Part shown: piece by piece, positions 49,486 through 60,343 of the stretch
Layout of the letters: each line of letters opens with the position of its first letter
How positions within the stretch are numbered: the first letter of the stretch is position 1
Origin: a virus
Taxonomy: Duplodnaviria > Caudoviricetes
Reading direction: 5' to 3' (one strand)
Virus record (IMG/VR): IMGVR_UViG_3300035228_001973
Span: 55,042-119,041 of that record
DNA length: 64,000 bases
Program-made: the position numbers and the translations under genes
Notes under the pieces: generated by a model
Database searches by the model: none
Told to the model about the DNA's origin: nothing
Seen by the model: only the letters and a program-made list of their open reading frames with translations

Positions 49486-50934
49486 TTATATTTTAACCGC
49501 TCTTGTATTCGCTACACAGTCCATATTTTGAGCTGCTCCTGCAACGACTCTTATTTCACCATTTGCAGTTGCGTCAAGCTCAACTACACCCAATGACGTA
49601 CCTAAATCAACAGTCGACCAATCAGCAAATTCTACTGTAGGTGTATTTTCAAGGTCTTTACCAAATACCGCAGTAAAGAATCCTGAACGGTATCCATTTC
49701 CTCCACCTTTTTCAGATAAAAAGTATTCAACATGAACCGCTCCATATACTAATGGGTCAACACTAAATAAAACCTGTGTACCACCACCTGACGATGTGAC
49801 TCTTATTGTTTGTTCTGAGTCAATTAGAACTGTGTTACCATCATTTCTTGTTAAAGTCGCTTCAGGGTAATCCACAGTAGCACCCGTCACAAATGTATCA
49901 CCTGTTAATGTACCAAATCCTGAAACTACAATATCGGACTCTAAACCATCGTTTATCGCTAAAGTAAGTGACCCCGCGTTTAGTGTCGCTGCCGTGATAA
50001 ATGGTAATGCCACCGGTGTCGTACCAAGTGTACCTGTTCCTGCAAACGCTACGTCCCACGCACTACTGTAAGTAACCGCAGTTAAAGCATCTATCGTACC
50101 TATAGTTACACCTGTAGATGATACGGTATTTAATGTTATTACATTATTAGTTATTGAACCACCTGAAACATACGGTTGGTCAGTATCTATTGTTATAATG
50201 TTTGGTGCTGAACCTACAGTTGTTATTCCTTGACCACCTATAATTTGTAATGGAGTCGCCACACCTAATTGTACAGTTTGACCAACACCTTGGTCACCCG
50301 TTAAATTAAATTGGAACCCTGTTACGTCAAAGTCAGTACCATCATTTAAATCTATAGTTAATACTGAACTACTTAGTGTACCGCCAGTAGCGAAAGTATC
50401 TCCTGTTAATGTACCAAAACCTGAAACAACGATGTCAGATTCTAATCCTTGATTTATTTCTAAAGTAAGTGACCCTCCATTTAGAGTTGCTCCTGTAATG
50501 AATGGTAATTCAATTGGACTAGTACCTAAAGTACCGTATCCCGCTAATGCGACATCCCAATCGTTATTATAGGTTAGACCTGTTACCGCAGCTACTTCTA
50601 CATTAAAGTCCGTTCCTTGATTATTTGTAAAGGTCAGTGCTCCTGTCCCTCCGTTTAATGTACCTCCCGTTACGTGAATATTCACGTCAGCGATTGATAT
50701 TGTACCTCCTTGATTATTTGTTAATACAAGGGTCGAATCTCCTATTCCGCTTAGTGTACCACCTGATATGAAAGTATCACCACTAAACGAGGCTAGTGAT
50801 AAAAAATTTACTTCATTATTTGACGGGTCTAACGCTAAAATAGTAGACGATAATGATTGGTCTAATTGTACGTCTCCAAGGAATGTACTTCCTGAGACTC
50901 TTAAACCGTTTCTTGCTACTAATTCGTGTGCCAT
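49486..50934 (-). CDS. Fibre-like beta-repeat protein
   Basis: Repeated DTF(V/I)(T/S)G(G/A)T...LTL..NxG units. Confidence 0.7.
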   Translation of the reverse strand: MAHELVARNGLRVSGSTFLGDVQLDQSLSSTILALDPSNNEVNFLSLASFSGDTFISGGTLSGIGDSTLVLTNNQGGTISIADVNIHVTGGTLNGGTGALTFTNNQGTDFNVEVAAVTGLTYNNDWDVALAGYGTLGTSPIELPFITGATLNGGSLTLEINQGLESDIVVSGFGTLTGDTFATGGTLSSSVLTIDLNDGTDFDVTGFQFNLTGDQGVGQTVQLGVATPLQIIGGQGITTVGSAPNIITIDTDQPYVSGGSITNNVITLNTVSSTGVTIGTIDALTAVTYSSAWDVAFAGTGTLGTTPVALPFITAATLNAGSLTLAINDGLESDIVVSGFGTLTGDTFVTGATVDYPEATLTRNDGNTVLIDSEQTIRVTSSGGGTQVLFSVDPLVYGAVHVEYFLSEKGGGNGYRSGFFTAVFGKDLENTPTVEFADWSTVDLGTSLGVVELDATANGEIRVVAGAAQNMDCVANTRAVKI

Positions 50935-50946
50935 TTTTTTATTTTT

Positions 50947-52407
50947 TTATATAATGTGTTTAATTATCCTGATATTCCAGGTCCCCCCTAAAATATTGGC
51001 TTTTAGTAACGCATCGTTACCATTCAATTCCATCCCCCATGAAAAATTATTAGTTGTTCCTATATCAACCGTTGAGAAATCATTGAAATCTATATCAGTA
51101 CTCGACCATACCGCTTGTATTGTTCCAGCCCTATAGTTAGTACCATCATCAATCACATAATCAAAGAACACTGCTCTATATGTTGTAGTATCCACAGAAT
51201 CAATAGTTGTCCCACTAACCGAAACATTAGAATCATTTACTAATCCAATATGTGTTAATATTTCTAAACCTGTAATTTGTGAAGTTGTTCCATCATTATT
51301 ATTTAATGTAATAGAACCACCTGAATAAGTACCCCCTGTTACTTCAGCCGCAAATGTTCCAGCATTAAAATCAACACCATCATTTAAACCTAACGTTAAT
51401 GTCTTAGTTATTTGATTATATGACATACCTGTCACATATGTATCCTCAGTAGCCCCTGTTGTAAAACCTGTTAGTGTAACTACAGAACCATCACTATTTT
51501 TTAACTCAACAGTACCCGTACTATTATTATAAGTACCACCCGTTAATTCAGTGTCAGTTGGTTGTTGCCATTGTCCATCACCCCTATAAAATGTTTTATC
51601 GTTTGCTCCACCACCATTATTTATTAAAGCAATGGTCATTTCATCAGGGTTAATCGCCGCGTCGGTAGCTATACCCGCTCCTCCTGGTTCTTGGTAACCC
51701 GTGAAATTTAAAGTGAATCCATCAACAACCTCAATTGGTGTAGTAGGTACGTTATCACCAGATGCCGTCCACCCTGTATATGACCCTGTACCACCTGTTG
51801 TAAATCCTGTAACGTTAAATGTTCCTCCGGTACTATTAGTAAATGCAGCAGTACCATTACTATAGGTACCACCTGTTACAGTAATATCAGTACCATAAAA
51901 TATTTTCCATCTGGCGTTTGCTCGTGTTACTCCACTTACACCTTCTATTGATGAGTCTAACCATGCGTTAACAAAAGTTAATCCAACTGCAGTATTATCA
52001 GATATAACATATTTACTCGCAACTTCTTGTGTTGACCCACTAGCGGCATTAAATAATTGTTCATAATTTTCTATAACGTATTGGTAAACAAGGTTTGTTT
52101 CGTGAACATATACTTGCATACCAAGTCTTCTTCTTCCTGAAGATATTCCATCTTCATCGATTGTGACCTTACTAGGTATAAACCCTAAATTAGATTTTGA
52201 ATAATTAATTGGTATAGTGTTACCACTATTTTCAATTGTTCCCGAACCACCAAAGGTTTGAAAATTTAAATCCTTTAATCCCCATACTTCCCTATAACCA
52301 CCTGTCTCTAAGACACTATAGTTAGTACCAATAACGGATGACCTAACAACTACATTTGGTTCACTTAAGGTATTTCCTATGTTTGGGTTTTTATATATGA
52401 ATGACAT
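50947..52407 (-). CDS. Fibre-like protein
   Basis: RRLGMQVYV N-terminal motif, TGGTY repeats, and a C-terminal domain (YRAG...FSTVDIG) shared with 49486..50934. Confidence 0.7.
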   Translation of the reverse strand: MSFIYKNPNIGNTLSEPNVVVRSSVIGTNYSVLETGGYREVWGLKDLNFQTFGGSGTIENSGNTIPINYSKSNLGFIPSKVTIDEDGISSGRRRLGMQVYVHETNLVYQYVIENYEQLFNAASGSTQEVASKYVISDNTAVGLTFVNAWLDSSIEGVSGVTRANARWKIFYGTDITVTGGTYSNGTAAFTNSTGGTFNVTGFTTGGTGSYTGWTASGDNVPTTPIEVVDGFTLNFTGYQEPGGAGIATDAAINPDEMTIALINNGGGANDKTFYRGDGQWQQPTDTELTGGTYNNSTGTVELKNSDGSVVTLTGFTTGATEDTYVTGMSYNQITKTLTLGLNDGVDFNAGTFAAEVTGGTYSGGSITLNNNDGTTSQITGLEILTHIGLVNDSNVSVSGTTIDSVDTTTYRAVFFDYVIDDGTNYRAGTIQAVWSSTDIDFNDFSTVDIGTTNNFSWGMELNGNDALLKANILGGTWNIRIIKHII

Positions 52408-52486
52408 TCGTTACGTTTATCGTTATTTTTATTACTATAAATACTTTGGTATTACCTTAGTATTAGTTTTTTTAATTCTTATTTTT

Positions 52487-55408
52487 TTATCCAACAACAT
52501 TACCTTTAAAGTATAGGTCATCGGTACTATTATTACCTATATTAAATGCTGGATTAGAGTATGAACTATACATGCTATATGTGTCAGCCGGCCAATTTAC
52601 TCCCGTATAATTTCCACCATACTGATATATTGTAGGTTCCATACCCGAAGAAATTAATGTATTAGGGTCCGAATTAATATTATAACCAATACTTAACTGT
52701 CTATTAGAGGATGCACCTAACTGAGATTGTGGTATTAACCAATAATACCAACCACCACTCGCAGTTCCTTGTGGTACCTCAGTAGTTACAAAATTATATT
52801 GACTAATTGTATTACCAAATGAATCATTACCACCTGACGTTTGAGGTATATCAGCCTCAATTACAGTAGGTGCTGTACCGTTATAGAATCCTGGCCAATC
52901 CATAAATGTTGTTATATCTGTAGCCGTTTGTGGTACAGAGGCGAATCCAAATCCAAAGAAAGAAGAACCTTGATTGTTCATATAGGTTGCAAAAGCATTG
53001 TTATTAGAGTTTTCAACTATAAATAATAAAGCCTTAGGTGTTTCTCCTGGTACACCTGATGGAGTAGGTGTCGGTGTTAGAGTATTGGTTGGAGTCATAG
53101 TCGGAGTATTCGTAGGTGTATTAGTTGGTGTATTGGTTGGAGTATTCGTAGGGGTATTAGTTGGAGTATTCGTAGGAGTATTAGTCGGCGTATTTGTAGG
53201 GGTATTAGTTGGTGTCGGAGTGTTAGTTGGCGTATTTGTAGGTGTATTAGTTGGCGTTATTGTTGGTGTGTTAGTTGGAGTATTCGTAGGTGTATTTGTT
53301 GGGGTATTAGTTGGAGTATTCGTAGGTGTATTTGTTGGAGTGTTAGTTGGTGTGTTGGTTGGAGTATTCGTAGGGGTTGACGTATTAGTTGGCGTTATTG
53401 TTGGAGTGTTGGTTGGGGTATTAGTAGGTGTATTAGTAGGTGTATTTGTAGGTGTGTTAGTTGGTGTGTTAGTAGGTGTATTGGTTGGAGTATTAGTAGG
53501 AGTATTCGTAGGTGTGTTAGTTGGAGTATTGGTTGGAGTGGATGTATTAGTTGGAGTTAAAGTAGGTGTATTAGTAGGTGTGTTAGTTGGAGTATTAGTT
53601 GGCGTATTTGTAGGAGTATTTGTAGGAGTCGATGTATTAGTTGGAGTTAAAGTTGGTGTGTTAGTTGGAGTATTGGTAGGAGTATTTGTAGGAGTATTTG
53701 TAGGAGTATTTGTAGGTGTGTTAGTTGGAGTAACTGTCGCAGTATTAGTTGGTGTTAAAGTTGGTGTGTTCGTAGGTGTAGAAGTATTTGTTGGTGTTAA
53801 AGTAGGAGTATTTGTTGGTGTTAAAGTAGGAGTATTAGTCGGCGTATTGGTTGGGGTGTTAGTTGGCGTGTTAGTTGGAGTGTTAGTTGGAGTACTCGTA
53901 GGCGTATTAGTTGGAGTATTTGTTGGTGTTAAAGTAGGAGTATTAGTCGGTGTATTTGTTGGAGTGTTAGTTGGAGTGTTAGTAGGTGTAGACGTATTTG
54001 TCGGAGTGTTCGTAGGTGTGTTAGTTGGAGTTAGTGTTGGAGTTAGTGTTGGAGTTAGTGTTGGGGTTAGTGTTGGAGTTAGTGTTGGAGTATTCGTAGG
54101 TGTGTTAGTTGGAGTATTCGTTGGTGTATTCGTTGGTGTATTCGTTGGAGTAGGTGTTATAGTTGCGTCAGGAGTTGAAGTAGGAGATGGTGTTACAGTA
54201 TTAGTAGGAGTTAATGTTGGAGTATTAGTCGGAGTATTAGTCGGTGTATTTGTAGGAGTTAATGTTGGGGTATTAGTAGGAGTATTGGTTGGGGTATTAG
54301 TAGGAGTATTAGTCGGAGTATTAGTTGGGGTATTAGTAGGGGTAGGAGTTATAGTTGCATCAGGAGTTGAAGTAGGAGATGGTGTTACAGTATTAGTTGG
54401 GGTATTAGTTGGTGTATTTGTTGGAGTATTGGTTGGAGTGTTAGTAGGAGTATTGGTTGGAGTATTGGTTGGAGTTTGTGTTGGAGTATTAGTCGGCGTA
54501 TTAGTAGGGGTGTTAGTAGGAGTATTGGTTGGAGTTTGTGTTGGAGTATTAGTAGGGGTGTTAGTAGGAGTTGGTGTCGGAACGTTTGTAAATGAACCAT
54601 CAACCACAAAATCACAATCTAAACCTGACGCTGTCGGAGTTGGAGTTTGTGTTGGTGTATTAGTTGGTGTTGGTGTTGGAATATTTGTAAATGAACCATC
54701 AACTATAAATTCACAATCAAAACCTGATGTTACTGTAGGAGTAGGAGTTAGAGTATTAGTTGGGCTTGGGGTTGGAGTAAGTCCTGATGTTACTGTAGGT
54801 GTAGGGGTCACAGTACTAGTTGGGCTTGGAGTTGGAGTATTAGTTGGGCTTGGGGTTGGAGTAAGTCCTGATGTTACTGTAGGTGTAGGGGTTACAGTAC
54901 TAGTTGGGCTTGGAGTTGGAGTGAGTCCTGATGTTACTGTTGGGGTAGGGGTTACAGTATTAGTTGGGCTTGGAGTTGGAGTGAGTCCTGATGTTACTGT
55001 TGGTGTAGGGGTTACAGTATTAGTCGGAGTATTCGTAGGAGTATTCGTAGGAGTATTCGTAGGAGTTATAGTTGGAATAAGACCTGATGTTGGTGTCGGA
55101 GTAGGGGTTACAGTACTAGTTGGTGTGTTTGTAGGCGTATTAGTAGGAGTTGGAGTGGGCGTTACATCGTCATAAACAACAATTTTCTTAGATACTGTCT
55201 CATCGTTACACCCCGGTTGCTTATTAACGACAAAAATAGTATATTCAATACCAGCAACTGAACCTGGTAAATCTAAAACGACACCCGCAACTATTTGGTC
55301 TCTAGTAATACCCGTTCTAATAGGCACAGTCGCAGTGGAACCCGTATGAATATCAAACGGTCCAACAGCATTTGAACTTAAAGTTAATCTTATTATTACT
55401 TGAGACAT
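52487..55408 (-). CDS. Mucin-like putative virion protein with about 700 aa PT tract
   Basis: 973 aa; short N-terminal domain, (PTNT)n tract and a C-terminal globular domain; TATTTATA upstream. Confidence 0.8.
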   Translation of the reverse strand: MSQVIIRLTLSSNAVGPFDIHTGSTATVPIRTGITRDQIVAGVVLDLPGSVAGIEYTIFVVNKQPGCNDETVSKKIVVYDDVTPTPTPTNTPTNTPTSTVTPTPTPTSGLIPTITPTNTPTNTPTNTPTNTVTPTPTVTSGLTPTPSPTNTVTPTPTVTSGLTPTPSPTSTVTPTPTVTSGLTPTPSPTNTPTPSPTSTVTPTPTVTSGLTPTPSPTNTLTPTPTVTSGFDCEFIVDGSFTNIPTPTPTNTPTQTPTPTASGLDCDFVVDGSFTNVPTPTPTNTPTNTPTQTPTNTPTNTPTNTPTNTPTQTPTNTPTNTPTNTPTNTPTNTPTNTPTNTVTPSPTSTPDATITPTPTNTPTNTPTNTPTNTPTNTPTNTPTLTPTNTPTNTPTNTPTLTPTNTVTPSPTSTPDATITPTPTNTPTNTPTNTPTNTPTNTPTLTPTLTPTLTPTLTPTLTPTNTPTNTPTNTSTPTNTPTNTPTNTPTNTPTLTPTNTPTNTPTSTPTNTPTNTPTNTPTNTPTNTPTLTPTNTPTLTPTNTSTPTNTPTLTPTNTATVTPTNTPTNTPTNTPTNTPTNTPTNTPTLTPTNTSTPTNTPTNTPTNTPTNTPTNTPTLTPTNTSTPTNTPTNTPTNTPTNTPTNTPTNTPTNTPTNTPTNTPTNTPTNTPTITPTNTSTPTNTPTNTPTNTPTNTPTNTPTNTPTNTPTNTPTNTPTITPTNTPTNTPTNTPTPTNTPTNTPTNTPTNTPTNTPTNTPTNTPTNTPTNTPTMTPTNTLTPTPTPSGVPGETPKALLFIVENSNNNAFATYMNNQGSSFFGFGFASVPQTATDITTFMDWPGFYNGTAPTVIEADIPQTSGGNDSFGNTISQYNFVTTEVPQGTASGGWYYWLIPQSQLGASSNRQLSIGYNINSDPNTLISSGMEPTIYQYGGNYTGVNWPADTYSMYSSYSNPAFNIGNNSTDDLYFKGNVVG
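53058..55165 (-). repeat. Coding degenerate (PTNT)n repeat
   Basis: About 2.1 kb of 12-bp-period repeats, including 60-bp higher-order units ([20 protein letters not shown]). Confidence 0.95.
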
Positions 55409-55519
55409 TAATTAATACATTTGTTATATAAATACTGCGAGAATGTAAAATACAGATTTCTATTTACTTTATTTTTTTTTAGTTTTATCACTTGAATATA
55501 TTATTATTTTTATAAATTA

Positions 55520-58500
55520 TTAGCAACCACTTCCGATTCCACTACAATTACCACCTAAACATTGTGAGAAACTTGTCACAACACCGTTACTAACATTAAA
55601 AATACATCCCGTATCTGAAACAAATGCTCCGTTACCTAACAGTACATAAGAATTAGGGTTACCACCAGTAAACGCATAAACCGAATTTCCTGTTGGACAA
55701 TCTAAAAATGTCGATACACTAACATCTGTAAAATATTCAACGTTTGGAATACCACCACCATTAAAATTACTACATGGTTGTGAGGAACCTCCTCCGTGAA
55801 GTCCGAAGAAAAAACCTAATGAGTTATATCCTGGAGGTGTCGTATCACATGGGTCGAATCCCGTAATAAAATTACCAACAGGACAATCATTATACATTAC
55901 TTCTTCAGTAGATAAGTTAAGGTCTTTTATTACTCTAACCCAACTAACATCTTGGTGACACGCAGCTTGAGGTATAGGTGTACAGTTTTGATTAGGTCCT
56001 GAAAATATACATGCACAAACAAAATCAAAGTCAATAAGTCCACTAGGGGAATTCGCGGCGATAGCCTGAGCATCTATAGAAGATACAGGAATTGCATTAT
56101 ATCTATCTCTATTACTTTGTCCAGGATAACCAGGACCCCCTACTAAAGTAGAATCAGGTGGGTAATTTAGAAGGTCGGTGCTTCCTCCATTATTATTCAT
56201 AGATACCTGACCAATAGTTATACCATTTGCCGTAATATCAAACACCCCTCTATTACATGTATGACCTCCAGGACATTGAGACCCGTTTAACCCAAACTCG
56301 TTATATTCAACAATGAATGTTAGAGACTCAATACAAGTAACTAAAGGTAATGTTGTCGGTGTAGGTGTTGGAGTCGGCGTTGGAATTAGAGTGGTTGTCG
56401 GTGTCGGTGTCGGAGTACTAGTTTGTGTTGGAGTTGGAGTCGGCGTAACATCATTACAACATATATCATACACAATTTTAGTACTTAATCTAAAGTATAC
56501 ATTCTTTAATTCTTTACAATCTGAAATAATTGTTATTAAATTTTGGTCAATATCTAATGTGAAACTTTCAATTTGTGGTATCGTTTTCAGTATTTCATCA
56601 ATTGCATCTCTCCATTCTTGAGCACTAGGGTAATCATTTAAATTTGTACTGGTATAGAATGGGTTTTCTACGTGATAAGGAGGGGTCATTGTACCACCTG
56701 AAAAATCAACTATAGTGTAAAAAACAGCATTTACCAACGTACAATTCTCATGTCCAACAGTTAAATCAAGGTAACCCTCATTTAACATAGAACCAAAATC
56801 TCTAATACCCGCTGAAGTGGTAATGAAATCGTTTTCACATATCTCATTTACTTCATAACATTCAACAATTTGATTATTACAGTTAATAGTTACTGACTCC
56901 GTAGCACTACAACCATTATTGTCAGTAATAGTTGCGGTATATGTATCACCACTTAAACCAGTAATTGACATCGTGGTTTCACCATTGCTCCATTGAATAT
57001 TAAACGGACCAACACCTTCACTAATACTAATATCTGCCATACCATCATTACCTGAAACACATTCAGTAGGAAGTATTATAAAGTTTACTCCTATTGATGG
57101 GGCGATTGTTATGTTTTGTGAGACCGTACAATTTTTTACATCAATAACATTTAAAAGGTACGTTGATGGTGCCAGTGAAGTTATTGACTGAGTATTTGAT
57201 GGGTCATCAATTACGGAATAAACAACTGAACCTGTATTAACATCGGTTAAAATATAATCAAATGGACCCTCTAACGGAACAGAACCCGCAGTTAGATTAA
57301 TATCTATTATTCCATTATTATCACCACAAGTACCATCAGTGATAGTACTATTAACGTTAAATTTAACATTATTACTTATAGTTTTATCAGTACTATATGT
57401 ACAGTTACCATTTTGAGATACAATTGTTACCGTATATGTACCTGAAGATAAGTTATTAAAAGTATGGCTTTGTGACCTAGTAGTTATACTATCAGTAATT
57501 AAACCATTCGTAACCTCGTAAGTGAAAGTTCCCGCAGGTGCTGATATACTTATCGATATTGAACCATCATCGTTACAATCGGAATTAGTAACCCCTATAT
57601 TAACAATGGTGAAACCTGCAGTTGAAGGTATAGACTGAAATGCTGTAACAGAACAACCTCCAGCATCTGTAATAAGAGTACTATTGAAACCTCCACATAA
57701 CCCTGTAAATGACTCTGATAAATTATTCGAAGTTATCACTTCACCCGCACTATTTTGGTATGTATATGGTGAAGTACCTCCCGATATTGTCACCACAACT
57801 TGACCATCACAATCAAAACAACCCGCTTGTGTTGGTACGGTTGAAACTATACCTAATGGGTCAGCTAACCCTACGTTAATACTTTGACTTAATCTACACC
57901 CTTCAGAATCTGTAACTGTTACACTCCACGAACCCACGGATAATCCAGTTGCGGTTTGTGTTGTTTGTCCATTGGACCACAAGTATGTGTATGGTGGAGT
58001 ACCACCTAATAAATTAGTGACAGTTGCAGAACCGACGCCAGGACCACACGGAGAATCTGGAACAACTAAAATATTATAACTAATTGGGTTCGTACTTACA
58101 ACTGTTGTATTTGTTGTTTGTGCAGTTGCACCTCCAAAATCTGTAACAATACAGTAGTAGGTTGCAGGACCAATATTTGTAAATGTCTGCGTATTTGCAA
58201 AACTATTAAAAGACTGAAAAATAATTCCAGAAACCGTATCGTATAAATCATATTGAAATGGGCTAGATATTGAATCATTTGTAACCGTTACAACCCCGTT
58301 GATATTTCCACATGTCGTACCTGAAGAAGTTATAGTAACATTAAAACAACCTTCAACATTAACATTAACAACCACATCTTGATTAACCCCACCTGAACTA
58401 TCTTGAAGTAAAAAGACATAACTACCCTCGTCAACGCCACTCCAAATAAATGGTCCGTTACCTGTTTGTTGAACTAACAGTAATCCACCCGTCGCAGTAG

Positions 58501-60343
58501 TTGACGTATTTGTAATAGTATATGGTTTTGTACCACCTGAAGGACTTATTAATATAACACCACCTTTAGGATTAGTACAAGTACCTGTAACTTCAAAACT
58601 ATAAGTTATCGGACCTTCATCGCAACCAATAACACATACGTCACCACTAATTTGTACTCCTTGCATTGGAGCACTAGTATCGAGACATACCTCTAACCCT
58701 ATTTCACTACCTTGTTGTATTCTCCCACAACAATCCGTATACGTATAAAAACCATCTGTAATACCTGAAAAACAACCCGCTCCTACATTTAAAGTTGGTG
58801 TTGGTGTGGGGGTTGGAGTATTCGTAGGCGTATTTGTTGGAGTAACTGTCGGAGTTATAGTTGGTGTATTGGTTGGTGTAGGTGTTGGCGTAAGAGTATT
58901 TGTAGGGGTAGGTGTTGGCGTAAGAGTATTTGTAGGGGTAGGTGTGGGTGTAGATTCTTGACATACAATATCAGTACACTTTACTTCCCCCACTGAAGCA
59001 ACACTATTATCCCAATATATTATAGTAACATAAGGTTCTAAAAGTGGTTCATTAATTCTATTATAACACCCATTAACTCCACCTACATTTTCAATTAAAT
59101 AGGTATTCCCTATTGCAAATGGTCCTGAAAAATCATTATCAAAATCTATAACATTAAATCTAAATATTTTGTTACCAGTACAACCTGAAAAAAAGTAATA
59201 TTCCTCTAAGGCATTTACATTATTATTACAGTCAACACAATTTTCATAAACGTTCGTTATTTCATGTCCTGATGTTATATTAGTACTTATTAGTACTTGG
59301 TCAACTTTATCCGTTTCACCACCAAAACAGAACGTCTTACTTTCAACGAATTGCGGCGTTATAAATCCAGTTCCAAGCGGGTTACCCCACGTTAACGTTG
59401 AAGCACTAAAAGGGCTTTGACCCTGATTTACCCCGTTACAATCATTACCAGATGGTTGAAATTTATATATATTATTAAATGGATTATTAGAAACACAATC
59501 GGAACAATTAGAATACCAATTTGATACTATGTCGTAATAACCAACACCTAAAGTACCTGAATAGGGTTGTTGAACATTATTAGGCTTTAAACACGGACCC
59601 CCCCATATTGAAGAATATGATTCTACCCTATCCCTCATATCACCAGAATATTGCACACCACTCGAATCTGTTATTAAATTACCGTAACAATCATCGGACA
59701 TTGTAACCCACCCATCATATAAACCGTTAAAGTAGTTTTTGGCATTTGTTGCGAAATAAGGTATCTGTACGTAATACGAACCTAAACCACTTACTAAGTC
59801 TGATGTAATAGAACTGGCATTATTAAAATCATAATTTAAAACCCCATTATTAGTTATGTGACTATAATCATTTACACTTGTTAAAAAAATAAAATCATAC
59901 CTATTAGTATCCGCACCACCTATTACTTTTGATAAATCATTAAACGTATTTGCACTATAAAAATTAGTACTGTATCTAGGAGATTTAAACGTACCACTTG
60001 GACCTATTATATCAATATAGTTTTGAGCGAAAAATGTTGTATTAATATTAAACGTTGAACCTATATAAACCGCGACTGAAGTATCTGATACCTTATTCCA
60101 ATATTCACCTGTAACCATTTGAGTATCAAAAGGGATTGTTGCTGAACCTAAATTTGTAACTTTCCAATATCTTGACCTAAATGACCAAGTTGTATTAGGG
60201 TTAGTAAGGAGATGGTTCTCCGTAAACGCCCTATTTAATCCTGCGGGTGTAGCTGCATCGGGCCAAGCCATATATACGGTAGAACCTGTAGTTGGTGAAC
60301 CTACAGTCGCTATTTGTTCTAATTTAAAATATAAAGTTGCCAT
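55520..60343 (-). CDS. Large putative virion protein with SprB-like repeats, Cys-rich modules and PT linkers
   Basis: 1607 aa with multiple [13 protein letters not shown]...[17 protein letters not shown] units. Confidence 0.8.
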   Translation of the reverse strand: MATLYFKLEQIATVGSPTTGSTVYMAWPDAATPAGLNRAFTENHLLTNPNTTWSFRSRYWKVTNLGSATIPFDTQMVTGEYWNKVSDTSVAVYIGSTFNINTTFFAQNYIDIIGPSGTFKSPRYSTNFYSANTFNDLSKVIGGADTNRYDFIFLTSVNDYSHITNNGVLNYDFNNASSITSDLVSGLGSYYVQIPYFATNAKNYFNGLYDGWVTMSDDCYGNLITDSSGVQYSGDMRDRVESYSSIWGGPCLKPNNVQQPYSGTLGVGYYDIVSNWYSNCSDCVSNNPFNNIYKFQPSGNDCNGVNQGQSPFSASTLTWGNPLGTGFITPQFVESKTFCFGGETDKVDQVLISTNITSGHEITNVYENCVDCNNNVNALEEYYFFSGCTGNKIFRFNVIDFDNDFSGPFAIGNTYLIENVGGVNGCYNRINEPLLEPYVTIIYWDNSVASVGEVKCTDIVCQESTPTPTPTNTLTPTPTPTNTLTPTPTPTNTPTITPTVTPTNTPTNTPTPTPTPTLNVGAGCFSGITDGFYTYTDCCGRIQQGSEIGLEVCLDTSAPMQGVQISGDVCVIGCDEGPITYSFEVTGTCTNPKGGVILISPSGGTKPYTITNTSTTATGGLLLVQQTGNGPFIWSGVDEGSYVFLLQDSSGGVNQDVVVNVNVEGCFNVTITSSGTTCGNINGVVTVTNDSISSPFQYDLYDTVSGIIFQSFNSFANTQTFTNIGPATYYCIVTDFGGATAQTTNTTVVSTNPISYNILVVPDSPCGPGVGSATVTNLLGGTPPYTYLWSNGQTTQTATGLSVGSWSVTVTDSEGCRLSQSINVGLADPLGIVSTVPTQAGCFDCDGQVVVTISGGTSPYTYQNSAGEVITSNNLSESFTGLCGGFNSTLITDAGGCSVTAFQSIPSTAGFTIVNIGVTNSDCNDDGSISISISAPAGTFTYEVTNGLITDSITTRSQSHTFNNLSSGTYTVTIVSQNGNCTYSTDKTISNNVKFNVNSTITDGTCGDNNGIIDINLTAGSVPLEGPFDYILTDVNTGSVVYSVIDDPSNTQSITSLAPSTYLLNVIDVKNCTVSQNITIAPSIGVNFIILPTECVSGNDGMADISISEGVGPFNIQWSNGETTMSITGLSGDTYTATITDNNGCSATESVTINCNNQIVECYEVNEICENDFITTSAGIRDFGSMLNEGYLDLTVGHENCTLVNAVFYTIVDFSGGTMTPPYHVENPFYTSTNLNDYPSAQEWRDAIDEILKTIPQIESFTLDIDQNLITIISDCKELKNVYFRLSTKIVYDICCNDVTPTPTPTQTSTPTPTPTTTLIPTPTPTPTPTTLPLVTCIESLTFIVEYNEFGLNGSQCPGGHTCNRGVFDITANGITIGQVSMNNNGGSTDLLNYPPDSTLVGGPGYPGQSNRDRYNAIPVSSIDAQAIAANSPSGLIDFDFVCACIFSGPNQNCTPIPQAACHQDVSWVRVIKDLNLSTEEVMYNDCPVGNFITGFDPCDTTPPGYNSLGFFFGLHGGGSSQPCSNFNGGGIPNVEYFTDVSVSTFLDCPTGNSVYAFTGGNPNSYVLLGNGAFVSDTGCIFNVSNGVVTSFSQCLGGNCSGIGSGC

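Noticed and set aside
45559-52407. Diversity-generating retroelement acting on the fibre genes
   Set aside because: No reverse transcriptase in the window; the duplicated blocks are internal and coding, and I saw no adenine-specific template/variable repeat pattern.
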